A stretch of 61,162 nt of DNA from Candidatus Iainarchaeum sp. (GTDB taxonomy: Archaea > Iainarchaeota > Iainarchaeia > Iainarchaeales > VGJJ01). A program made the position numbers and the translations under genes. The notes below the pieces were generated by a model that worked only from the letters and a program-made list of their open reading frames with translations, did no database searches and was not told the origin of the DNA. The stretch spans positions 1-61,162 of the forward strand of contig JAZDJQ010000011.1 in assembly GCA_043803765.1 (NCBI GenBank), read 5' to 3'. Position 1 is the stretch's first letter, and every line of letters starts with the position of its first letter. Below, piece after piece: positions 20,676 to 29,178 of the stretch.

Positions 20676-20867
20676 TTACTCATTCTTTCTTCCTGCGTAT
20701 TTTAAATCCACTAACACCATTCCGCCGCAAAAACCCCCTTTACTCCTTTATTTTTACTTTTTGAGGCGTTTTAGGATTTTAAACGGAAAAGGGGCACCTA
20801 TCGTGTTTTTATTTCCCGCTATTCCTAATATGACTGCCTTGTATCGTACATGGCGGGTTGGGAGACC

Positions 20868-21071
20868 ATGGCAGAGTTACCATTAGCGGCAGTTGACCGT
20901 ATCATTCGAAAGGCTACAGGTATTCGTGTTTCGGAAGAAGCAGCTAAAGTATTAAGTGAACACTTGGAAGAAATTGGATTAGCCCTTTCAAGAGAAGCAA
21001 GTGTTTTTGCCAAGCATGCCAATCGTAAAACAATTACGGGTGCGGATATTCGGTTGGCGATAAAGAAATAG
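20868..21071 (+). CDS. Archaeal histone (HMf family)
   Basis: MAELPLAAVDRIIRKA...RVSEEA...HANRKTITGADI. Confidence 0.95.
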   Translation: MAELPLAAVDRIIRKATGIRVSEEAAKVLSEHLEEIGLALSREASVFAKHANRKTITGADIRLAIKK

Positions 21072-21080
21072 GTTTTTTTT

Positions 21081-21227
21081 ATGATTGAAGTAGAGAAAAA
21101 ATTCCGGTTGGATGCAGGAAAAAAATCACGTCTTCTTGAGAACGCGAGATTCCTTTCCAAGAAGTCGTTCAGGGACATCTACTATGGGCGTCGTACGAGA
21201 TTTCTGATACGGAATGGGATGGGTTGA
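21081..21227 (+). pseudogene. Truncated CYTH-domain (class IV adenylate cyclase-like) gene
   Basis: MIEVEKKF (ExExK) and DIYY, then unrelated residues and a stop at 48 aa. Confidence 0.65.
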
Positions 21228-21284
21228 AATTTTCCCTATTTTTAATAATCTTTCATTCACTGCTCGCTCTGGGTTGGGAATAGT

Positions 21285-21623
21285 ATGGTTTTTGTCTGGT
21301 GGCGTAAGATGAAGCAGTTGTCTGATTCGCCGCACGATCACATTTACACTGAAGTTCAGTATGACCGGGATGTTAAAAAAATAGTTAATTTTGTCGTGAT
21401 TCAGTTGTTTGAGTATGATGGAGTAGTCTATGAAGTCAAGAAACATGATACTGCTCACGGAAAATACCATATTCATTGTTACTATGAACGTTTTCATTCT
21501 GCTGTAATTGAGACCGATGAGCCAATCACGGCGGGGTTGTTTCATTTGGCTAAAAAAGATATTTGTGATAATTGGAAACACTATCACTATAGGTATGCGC
21601 GGAAATATTTTGCATTCAAATAG
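21285..21623 (+). CDS. Small protein with HDTAHG..HIH motif, putative toxin (DUF6516/TumE-like)
   Basis: EVKKHDTAHGKYHIH resembles the RYDxxH..HxH motif; upstream of an HTH gene. Confidence 0.5.
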   Translation: MVFVWWRKMKQLSDSPHDHIYTEVQYDRDVKKIVNFVVIQLFEYDGVVYEVKKHDTAHGKYHIHCYYERFHSAVIETDEPITAGLFHLAKKDICDNWKHYHYRYARKYFAFK

Positions 21624-21674
21624 GGGAACATTCGACCCATTCCTTTATTAACTTTAAAGTTATATATCTTGTTT

Positions 21675-22070
21675 ATGGGAAAAAAGAAGAAAGAAGTAAA
21701 GCGAAACCTCCTTACTATTGTTATTGGTGGGAATATGGAGAAAGATGAACAGGAAATTTGGGATAATCCCGAAGTGGCCATGAAACAATCTGAGAAAATG
21801 GTGTACGTTGATTCCTATGAACAATTGCATCAACTGCTTTCCCCCGCTCGGCTGGATCTGCTACGATATATTATTTGGATGAGCCATCAAAAGGAATCCA
21901 AGACAGTAGGAACGATTGCTAATGATTTGAAGCGGAAACAGGAGGCTATTAGTCGGGATCTTCACTACCTCTCGGGAATGCGTTTCATTGAACTCAAAAA
22001 AGACAAGCAGATGGTGCTCCCCCTCACTCGGTTGGATGGCATTGACATCCAATGTGCCACAGTCGATTGA
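21675..22070 (+). CDS. HTH protein, HVO_A0114-like putative antitoxin
   Basis: LLSPARLDLL...TVGTIANDLKRKQEAISRDLHYL. Confidence 0.65.
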   Translation: MGKKKKEVKRNLLTIVIGGNMEKDEQEIWDNPEVAMKQSEKMVYVDSYEQLHQLLSPARLDLLRYIIWMSHQKESKTVGTIANDLKRKQEAISRDLHYLSGMRFIELKKDKQMVLPLTRLDGIDIQCATVD

Positions 22071-22085
22071 TCGATTTATTTTTGA

Positions 22086-22535
22086 TTACTTTCCCCGCCG
22101 TCTTCGGGGCGTGATTCGGAGGATCGCTCCATTGCGCGCGGCAGTCTTTCGGGCTTCCATTAGATCTACCGCTCTATTCCTTCGTTCCCACAATTTATCA
22201 ATCACGTTTTCGTGCATGTCTTGGAAATATGCAGCCCCACATCCTCTTTTTGGTGACCCGTATCTGCGACCCGCCTTTCCTTTCATTATTCGTTCCATTT
22301 CACGAAAAACATTCCCTTTTGGACCAGGATAACGTCCCGCCAACTTAATTTTTGCGTCGGAATATCTTTTGATGTGAGCAATTAACTCTTTTTTATCGTC
22401 CTCAGTAAGTTGTGAATTCCCTATAGCCCGTATAACATTGGCGACTGACTTTTGCCAATCAATCATCTTTTGCGTTGGTCCCTGCTCAAACGAGAATTTC
22501 GTTTTGCCTTTCCCACTGAGTAAGTGTTTTGCCAT
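22086..22535 (-). CDS. Basic orphan protein
   Basis: Upstream TTTAAA; C-terminus RITPRRRRGK. Confidence 0.5.
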   Translation of the reverse strand: MAKHLLSGKGKTKFSFEQGPTQKMIDWQKSVANVIRAIGNSQLTEDDKKELIAHIKRYSDAKIKLAGRYPGPKGNVFREMERIMKGKAGRRYGSPKRGCGAAYFQDMHENVIDKLWERRNRAVDLMEARKTAARNGAILRITPRRRRGK

Positions 22536-22570
22536 TTGCTTATTCGTGCAGGAGAGAATTTAAATGTTCT

Positions 22571-22639
22571 ATCGGCAGCGCTTTAGCGCTACAGTCTCGG
22601 GTTTAATTCCTTGGCCTTTAGGCAGGGGGGGGAAGTCAT
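22571..22639 (+). mobile_element. IS200/IS605-family end remnant (gene-less, PATE-like)
   Basis: AGCGC-TTTA-GCGCT hairpin, then AATTCCTTGGCC-TTTA-GGCAGGGGGGGGAAGTCA resembling IS605/tnpB right ends. Confidence 0.5.
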
Positions 22640-22713
22640 TTTCCAACATAAATGAAGAAAACGTAGACACTGTTTTTGCCTGTTATTCTTCTTCGCCAGT
22701 GGCACACCACGAA

Positions 22714-22811
22714 ATATAGCAAACTGTTTTATTTTTTGAATTTTTGTCGAATGGTTTGCTATACGCAAAAAGCCTGTTAAATTGTTCAAATACGTAGGCT
22801 TTTTGCCATAA
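22714..22811 (-). repeat. Double-hairpin palindromic element, copy 2
   Basis: TATAGCAAAC/GTTTGCTATA and GCAAAAAGCCT/AGGCTTTTTGC stems. Confidence 0.9.
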
Positions 22812-22825
22812 CTTTTTTCTCTTCA

Positions 22826-23371
22826 TCACGGTTGGTTGTCGATCTTCAGTATTTCCACTTCAAACGTTAATTGTTTTCCTGCTAATGGATGGTTGAAGTC
22901 GATTTTGACTTTGTTTGTGTTTTCGTCCACGCTTATAATTTTTCCATTTCCCGCACTCGAGTTAACAATTATTCCTACTAATACAGGGATGTTGGCATCG
23001 AGGAGCTGCTGCTCATCCACATCAATAACCGCTTGGGTGTTAAATTCTCCATACGCTTGGAGGGCAGGAATAACAATTGTTTTTTTCTCTCCTATTTTCA
23101 TTCCGAGTAATCCATTATCAAACCCTTGGATGAGTTGTCCTACTCCCACTTGGAATGTTGCCGGACTTCCTTCTTGCGTTTGGTCAAAAACGCTATTATC
23201 ATCCAGTGTTCCTTTGTAGTAAAGCGTTACATAGTTTCCTTTCTGAATGGTGTCCGTCACAATCGTTCCCTCCAATTGATTGCTTGAATCCGCTTTTTGC
23301 TTGGAGGGCAACTCCGTACATCCTGAAAAAAGGAGGAGGACCATTCCCAATCCCAAAATCAACCGATTCAT
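22826..23371 (-). CDS. FKBP-type (SlyD-like) peptidyl-prolyl isomerase with lipoprotein signal
   Basis: YKGTLDD..FD, GQLIQGFD, AYG, DFNHPLAGKQLTFEV; N-terminal LLLFSGC. Confidence 0.92.
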   Translation of the reverse strand: MNRLILGLGMVLLLFSGCTELPSKQKADSSNQLEGTIVTDTIQKGNYVTLYYKGTLDDNSVFDQTQEGSPATFQVGVGQLIQGFDNGLLGMKIGEKKTIVIPALQAYGEFNTQAVIDVDEQQLLDANIPVLVGIIVNSSAGNGKIISVDENTNKVKIDFNHPLAGKQLTFEVEILKIDNQP

Positions 23372-23406
23372 ACGTTCAACAATGGGCGCACTTCTTTTAA
23401 GGGCAT

Positions 23407-24003
23407 TTATTTTCTCAGGGAAAGGCGGCGAGTAAGGTATGTGTGAACAACCGCATATGTCTCTTGAGGGGCCATTCCTTCATTGTTCATCACCAAGTCA
23501 AATGGGGTTAAATCTTCCCCCATGCGAATGTGATACAATTTCGTGAATATCCCAACATCCGTTTTCATTCGTTTTCGTATGCTCATTCGTGCGTCGCGCG
23601 CAGGAATACCGTCTCGTTCTCCTACTCTTTTTGCTCGTGTTTTTTCCGGTGCTGATAACCAGATGCGGATGGCTTTTCCTTTGTACAGCCACGGCATGAG
23701 TCGTGCGTCCGAAACAATGTTTTTTTTACTATTCAGTAATTGTAATAATCTTTTATCCACTTCTTTATCAATGCTTAATTCTTTTCCTCTCAATTCCGTT
23801 CCTTTTTTTCCTTCTTTTGTTTCCCAGAAGCCGTGTTCTATTTTTTTTGTTTTGTTGAGTTTCATTTTTTCTATTATTATTTTTTGATGAATATGGGATG
23901 CCGAGACATAGGTTGCGCGAAATGTTCGCGCGAGTTTTTGTGCCAGCGTGCTTTTTCCGCTTCCAATAAATCCTGAAATAAGAATAGGAAAAGGGATTTT
24001 CAT
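23407..24003 (-). CDS. cmk: Cytidylate kinase, archaeal type
   Basis: ISGFIGSGKST, IDKEVD, DARL, IWLSAP..RAKRV..RD, FDLV. Confidence 0.8.
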   Translation of the reverse strand: MKIPFPILISGFIGSGKSTLAQKLARTFRATYVSASHIHQKIIIEKMKLNKTKKIEHGFWETKEGKKGTELRGKELSIDKEVDKRLLQLLNSKKNIVSDARLMPWLYKGKAIRIWLSAPEKTRAKRVGERDGIPARDARMSIRKRMKTDVGIFTKLYHIRMGEDLTPFDLVMNNEGMAPQETYAVVHTYLTRRLSLRK

Positions 24004-24004
24004 C

Positions 24005-24136
24005 TTATACCACCACAACAATAATCGTAATCACGAGTGCTGCGATGAGTGAAACGACTCCTATTTCTTTTGATACTTTTTCCACTTCGCGGGAGTGCTG
24101 CAGGCCTGTTCCATACGCCAAACGGGACATGATCAT
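24005..24136 (-). CDS. 43-aa membrane peptide, ATGA-coupled to the upstream ORF (possibly its detached C-terminus)
   Basis: MIMSRLAYG...IGVVSLIAALVITIIVVVV; fills the gap up to cmk. Confidence 0.4.
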   Translation of the reverse strand: MIMSRLAYGTGLQHSREVEKVSKEIGVVSLIAALVITIIVVVV

Positions 24137-24366
24137 TCTTCTCCTGTTGTTTTCATATACGCATGTCGCATGCACACGCCCGTTTTAGCTTGTAATAATT
24201 CTAGGAATCCTCCTAAGTAGAGTGGAAAGACAATTAATCGAATCCACCACTCGGCATGCACGGCAATGAAAAAACCGCTCATAACTCCCCCTGTTACGAG
24301 GAGGATATATCCCACCCATTTTTTTCTTTTCCTTTTTTCAGGGCCAATGTTGCCTACTGCGTTCAT
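24133..24366 (-). CDS. Small membrane protein
   Basis: NIGPEKRKRK, two TM segments, LQAKTGVC. Confidence 0.55.
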   Translation of the reverse strand: MNAVGNIGPEKRKRKKWVGYILLVTGGVMSGFFIAVHAEWWIRLIVFPLYLGGFLELLQAKTGVCMRHAYMKTTGEE

Positions 24367-24444
24367 TCAGTGAAAAATCATTCCGGTAATAAAAACCCGT
24401 CGATATTAACTTGTTTTATTAGACTAGGATGTTTATAGATTAGG

Positions 24445-24819
24445 ATGAATTCTCTTACACAACGTGTTATGCGTTATCCTGCTACTTCTTTTCAGAAAGC
24501 CGTGTGGATAGTCTTGCTGCGTATACCGCGAGGAAAAGTTTCAACGTATGGGGAAATTGCCAATCTTATTGGTCGTCCTCATGCTGCTCGTGCTGTAGGA
24601 AATGCTTGCAATGCTAATCCGTTTGCTCCTGCTGTTCCCTGCCATCGTGTCGTGGCATCGAATGGGTCATTAGGCGGGTATGCGTATGGATTGAATAAAA
24701 AGAGTGCATTGTTGCGCAGAGAAGGAATATTATTTGTGAATAATCATGTTGTTGATTTTGATGCACGGCGTTTTGTTTTTCCTTCACGCGTTCGACGTTT
24801 GTTCAAAAATAGCAAGTAG
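24445..24819 (+). CDS. ogt: Methylated-DNA--protein-cysteine methyltransferase (catalytic domain only)
   Basis: IPRGKVSTYG, ARAVGNA, PCHRVV active site. Confidence 0.9.
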   Translation: MNSLTQRVMRYPATSFQKAVWIVLLRIPRGKVSTYGEIANLIGRPHAARAVGNACNANPFAPAVPCHRVVASNGSLGGYAYGLNKKSALLRREGILFVNNHVVDFDARRFVFPSRVRRLFKNSK

Positions 24820-25668
24820 GTTTTTCTTCAGTTGCGAGTGAGCGGGAACTAATTTGTCTGCTAATTTGTATTTTGCACTTACTGCTTGGATCGTGCTTGG
24901 TTTGAGTGGCATGAGAAGGATAGTTTTCACATGTTTGGCCATATCAATGTCCCCATAACTGTCCGTGATGAGCACGGTTTGGTTCATGCTGAATGACCAT
25001 TTTTTTGATTTGCATAGTTCGCGTATCGCAGTTAGTTTTGTTTTTATTTTCACTCCGCGTATGCTTCCATTCCGCAGTCCCATTATTTCTTTTACTCCTG
25101 TCATTTTTCCTTTTGTATCAAATGTGAGCTGGGTGCCAATGACTCCGTCGAATGAGAAACGGTGTTCTTTGGCCATTTTTTCATTCACCATTCGGGCGTA
25201 TTCTGCCGAGGACAATGTTGCGAGGACGATTTTCAATTTATAATTTTTCCGCAAATCCCTTAGTGCTTCAATTAGTTCAATTCTTCGCTTGGGCCACATT
25301 TCCGATAATACTTTTTGAAATCCTTTCCGGTGCGTATTCTGATATTGTAATAATCGATTTCCATCAAGAATGGTTTCTTCTACTGTAGTGGTTCCGGCTG
25401 CAAGCTTGTGCAATATTCCCTCATACAAGATGTCCCCCATCGTGGTGTGGTCTATTTTTTCAGGATACGCTAAACGCAGCCCGATGTTTCCTGCGTCGGC
25501 ATCAAATAGTGTTCCGTCCATATCCACTACTACTAATGAGACTTTTCTAAACCAGTACCGGGGTGCTAATGCCTGTCGTTTGAGTTTGAAAATAATCGAG
25601 TTGCGCAGAAACCCGCCTAATACTCGGGCGCGCTTTGCTTTTTTTTGGACGAATTGGGTTATTCCCAT
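24784..25668 (-). CDS. HAD-superfamily hydrolase (SerB-like)
   Basis: DMDGT motif I and TDSYGD motif IV. Confidence 0.75.
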   Translation of the reverse strand: MGITQFVQKKAKRARVLGGFLRNSIIFKLKRQALAPRYWFRKVSLVVVDMDGTLFDADAGNIGLRLAYPEKIDHTTMGDILYEGILHKLAAGTTTVEETILDGNRLLQYQNTHRKGFQKVLSEMWPKRRIELIEALRDLRKNYKLKIVLATLSSAEYARMVNEKMAKEHRFSFDGVIGTQLTFDTKGKMTGVKEIMGLRNGSIRGVKIKTKLTAIRELCKSKKWSFSMNQTVLITDSYGDIDMAKHVKTILLMPLKPSTIQAVSAKYKLADKLVPAHSQLKKNLLAIFEQTSNA

Positions 25669-25726
25669 TTTTTATCCCCATTTTCTCAACAGGTATGATT
25701 TTTCTTTTCCTTTATTAATCTGTCAA

Positions 25727-26191
25727 TCATACGAGGGGCTTGTGATTACTCTCTTTTAACACCATCATGGTTTGCGTGGCCCCCACTCCGTCAATTTTGC
25801 GTAATCGATAGGTAATCAGCTCGTTCAGCTCGTCCAAGTCCTTCACGCGTACCCTTGCCATGAGGTCCGCGGTTCCGGTGATGATGTATCCTTCTTCTAC
25901 CGATTCAATTTTTCTTAATTCCTCTAGCAAATCTTGTTGATATATTTTTTTTCCAGATGGAAGGACATTCATTGCTTCTACGAGAACGAATGCCTCAATA
26001 GGTCGGCCAATTTTACTATAATCAATCTTTGCCTCATAGCGAGTGATAACTTTTAATTCTTCAAACCGTTTAATGCGGTGATGCAACGTGGAGAGCGGAA
26101 TGTGGAGTTTCTTGGCTACTTGCTGTAAGGATGATTTAGCATCCCATAGAATCGCATTCAAAATATCCTTATCGGTTGAATCCAACGTCAT
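25727..26191 (-). CDS. Lrp/AsnC family transcriptional regulator
   Basis: LDSTDKDIL..HTH..RIKRFEE and ITGTADL RAM domain. Confidence 0.93.
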   Translation of the reverse strand: MTLDSTDKDILNAILWDAKSSLQQVAKKLHIPLSTLHHRIKRFEELKVITRYEAKIDYSKIGRPIEAFVLVEAMNVLPSGKKIYQQDLLEELRKIESVEEGYIITGTADLMARVRVKDLDELNELITYRLRKIDGVGATQTMMVLKESNHKPLV

Positions 26192-26294
26192 ATTGGAAAT
26201 TTTCCAACGTTTTGTTTATAATGTTGTGTTTTTTCGCTATTTTTCCTCTTTTTTGCGGGAAACCTATTTATAGGAAATCCAAAGTATTGAATGC

Positions 26295-26470
26295 ACATGG
26301 GATAGGCTCAGAGGACACAACAAGTGTTCGCTGAGGGGAGGGACCTCGGTAAAATGGTGTGAATGGCTCAGGTTGGTTCACGCAGTACCATCCGTGAACT
26401 GACGAATTATACTGGATCGGGGAAGCGTGCGGAGCTAGGCCGTGTGTTTCCCCTTCCGCTTTTTTTGTTT
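26295..26470 (+). ncRNA. Candidate structured RNA A (unknown family)
   Basis: GGAAACCTATTTATA promoter at 26258-26272; three hairpins whose G-U pairs form only on the plus strand; terminal U tract. Confidence 0.5.
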
Positions 26471-26521
26471 TTTTCCCGTGCGCGGTCTGCATTATAAACG
26501 GTTTTGTTTTCTTTTTTCTTT

Positions 26522-27184
26522 ATGAATTGGAAGGAAGACGGCCCCCAACTTCTTTTTTTGCTTGCGATAGGGTTTATTGCTATTATTCCTGTCCTTGTGC
26601 CCGAATTGTCCAAACCTTTTGCATTATGGGTGAAGGAGAATGTGAATGCAACCGGAATATGGGGTCCTATTGTAATGGTGGTGTTGATGATTGTGGCCAC
26701 TATTTTTTCCCCCATTCCCAATTCGGTTATTACCTTAATTATTGGCGCGACGTATGGTCCTGTTTTTGGTACTTTTTTAGCAATCACTGCATCTGTGATA
26801 GCGGCAAGCGTTGCTTTTTTTCTTAGTCGGAAAATTGCCAAACGTTTAGTTGAAAAATATTTTCCCGAATCCCATTTTATTCACAAATTTTTAACGAATA
26901 ATGGTTTTCTCAGCATTTTTGTTTTGCGTATGATTCCTTCGGTGTCATTTGACATGGTTTCATATGGTGTAGGATTAACTAAAATTCCTTTCCGCACGTT
27001 TATTCTGGCTACATTCTTTGGTGTTATCCCTGGAACCGTTTCCGTTATATTAGTAGGAAGTGGCTTTACATTTGATAGTAATCTTTCCATCATTGGGGTG
27101 GTCTTCTATGCGTTGCTCATCATCATCGGGGTGTTTGCTTCTCATCGTATGGGTTTTTTTGATGAAATGAAAAAGAAAAAATAG
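26522..27184 (+). CDS. TVP38/TMEM64 (DedA/VTT) membrane protein
   Basis: PIPNS..GATYG, LRMIP..SFD.VSY..GLT, TFFGVIPG. Confidence 0.88.
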   Translation: MNWKEDGPQLLFLLAIGFIAIIPVLVPELSKPFALWVKENVNATGIWGPIVMVVLMIVATIFSPIPNSVITLIIGATYGPVFGTFLAITASVIAASVAFFLSRKIAKRLVEKYFPESHFIHKFLTNNGFLSIFVLRMIPSVSFDMVSYGVGLTKIPFRTFILATFFGVIPGTVSVILVGSGFTFDSNLSIIGVVFYALLIIIGVFASHRMGFFDEMKKKK

Positions 27185-27222
27185 CGGCCTTTCTTATTTT
27201 TCTTATTTTTTTTTAAACGTTC

Positions 27223-27918
27223 TTATGGATAGTTTATTCTTAACCATGCGTAGTATGCTGCATTTTCTTTTTGTTTTGGGTCCGGTCGCAGGATGCGCAT
27301 CACTCTTCCATTATATTTTTTCAGGAAGCCATCCAATGTTTCCAACCGGTCGTTTTTTCCCACGCGATGTTCGACAATTGCATTTCCTTGAGGGTTAAAT
27401 CCAATGAAGTCCGCAATATGTGTAAATTCGCGTTCCTTTCTTTCTCCATCATACCTAAAATTGGAACCGGGAAGGAAAATGCATACGGCATATCCCGGTT
27501 TTAGCTTGGAGCGATACTCGTGTTCATTTCCTTTTGTATATTCCCACACGGTTGGATTGCGTTTTGGCATTTCCCATGAGTTGGGTTCTCGTGCATACAC
27601 GCATCCAAATCGTGTATAGGTTGAGTGTCGGAAATACTTCGAACAATAATATCCTGTTTCGGGCACTTCGTTGAAATGAGATACTTTAACATGTTGTGTT
27701 TTTTGTTGTGTTAGAATGATGGCTTCTCTTGGAATAGGTTCTCGTACAAGATGCATAACACGTCTTCCTAATTCTCCCGCGCTTAATGCTAGCGCGCTTG
27801 CTAATGCGATGCGGATGATTCGTTTCCTTTGTATTGGGTTTTTTCTACTCCACCACTTTCTAACAGCAGGCGTGTTCGTGCGTTTTTCTGCCCTATTTTT
27901 TCCTCGCATATCTCCCAT
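27223..27918 (-). CDS. Basic, membrane-anchored orphan with possible NlpC/P60-like domain
   Basis: YCSKY...LKPG.AV.I...THIADFIG...IVEH spacing. Confidence 0.45.
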   Translation of the reverse strand: MGDMRGKNRAEKRTNTPAVRKWWSRKNPIQRKRIIRIALASALALSAGELGRRVMHLVREPIPREAIILTQQKTQHVKVSHFNEVPETGYYCSKYFRHSTYTRFGCVYAREPNSWEMPKRNPTVWEYTKGNEHEYRSKLKPGYAVCIFLPGSNFRYDGERKEREFTHIADFIGFNPQGNAIVEHRVGKNDRLETLDGFLKKYNGRVMRILRPDPKQKENAAYYAWLRINYP

Positions 27919-27972
27919 GATAAATTGCTGAATATAAATGATTGTAGGAATTAGGCCGTTCTCGCTGGCCGA

Positions 27973-28506
27973 TTATACTTGTTGGAAAGAGGCAGGGTTG
28001 GATCCCGCGTAGATTTGTGGGACACCATTCGCTATTATTGTATGAAACGCTATTTCTGCCGTATCATGATCCCATTTTTCGAATGCTCCCTCGTTGCACT
28101 TGTCAATGAGTGATTGGGAATCGGGATAATCTTCTCTCGCTCTTTCGATTGCGGTGCACCATTGTTTTTTTATTTCAGAATAAAGGGGGGCATTTTCCGT
28201 GCGCGCAGAGGGAATAGTCACTTTGAAATCTTGCTCAAATCGTGCAACATCCATTGAGTATTCAAACGGTGTTGATTGGTTTTCAAGGGAGAGTGTCCCT
28301 TTTGTCATGGTATCATATCCAAATTTTTCACTGAGACAAGCAATCACGGTTACTTTAAGTGGAGAGTAGAACAGCGTTGAGACGAGGGAATCTTCTTTAG
28401 AACAATCACGAAATAGAGATGGTGGAGATGTCTGTTGAAGGAGTAGAACAATTACTGCAATGGCCAGCACTACAATTATTAGTGGATAATATTTTTTGAT
28501 ATTCAT
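27973..28506 (-). CDS. Membrane-anchored hypothetical protein
   Basis: MNIKKYY plus TM helix; four Cys. Confidence 0.55.
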   Translation of the reverse strand: MNIKKYYPLIIVVLAIAVIVLLLQQTSPPSLFRDCSKEDSLVSTLFYSPLKVTVIACLSEKFGYDTMTKGTLSLENQSTPFEYSMDVARFEQDFKVTIPSARTENAPLYSEIKKQWCTAIERAREDYPDSQSLIDKCNEGAFEKWDHDTAEIAFHTIIANGVPQIYAGSNPASFQQV

Positions 28507-28641
28507 TCTGTATCTAGTGGAAAACATAAAGGCATTGAATAAAAATGTTCTATTTTTTTTGCATTGGAAATCAATCTTTTTTTTGGGAAATATTCCAGAA
28601 TAGTGCGAAACAGCGTGCAAAAAACACAAATACGAAAACCA

Positions 28642-28713
28642 CGCCCTGGGAAGGATTTGAACCTTCGACCTACCGGTTAACAGCCGGGCGCTCTACCACT
28701 GAGCTACCAGGGC
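28642..28713 (-). tRNA. tRNA-Asn (GTT)
   Basis: 72-nt cloverleaf GCCCTGG...CT-GTT-AA...GGTTCAAATCC; CCA not encoded. Confidence 0.97.
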
Positions 28714-28751
28714 AATACTTGAATGCAATCAAGACGCGTGAGTAAATCGTT

Positions 28752-29153
28752 TTAAAGCGATTTCACGTTTCCCCGACGAATTAGTAGAGTATTATCTCCT
28801 GTTTTGCGTGCGGCGTCGCTTCCGATGGGATAGGAGTGGGTTTCCTTCTCGGGCTGGGTGGGGAAAGGGAACATGGGCGGGAATTTGTTTTTTTCGTCCG
28901 GTTCCGAATACATGGTCTCGCGGATGGCATTCTTCACCATTTCGGGATGAATAGGATTGGTCATTCCTCTTCGGATATTATACCGTACTTCTCCTATGCG
29001 GATGGCAGTGATTATTTTCTGAGCTTGCTCCGGGTCAACCCCATTTTGGATAAGTCTCTTTTGGAGCTGGACGAGCGCCGATTGGATTTTCTCCTCGGTG
29101 GTGGGTTCATGGGGCATTCGTTCCTTCCGTTGAGTGTCTTTCCCTCTTCCCAT
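28752..29153 (-). CDS. Hypothetical protein directly downstream of SRP RNA
   Basis: GGAGG RBS before ATG 29153; the longer ORF call overlaps the SRP RNA. Confidence 0.5.
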   Translation of the reverse strand: MGRGKDTQRKERMPHEPTTEEKIQSALVQLQKRLIQNGVDPEQAQKIITAIRIGEVRYNIRRGMTNPIHPEMVKNAIRETMYSEPDEKNKFPPMFPFPTQPEKETHSYPIGSDAARKTGDNTLLIRRGNVKSL

Positions 29154-29178
29154 AATGGTATTCCTCCATTCGTTTTGA

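Noticed and set aside
26295-26470. RNA A as 5S rRNA, RNase P RNA or a fluoride riboswitch
   Set aside because: Lacks the CCGAAC loop, the GAGGAAAGUCC motif and the fluoride aptamer consensus, respectively.
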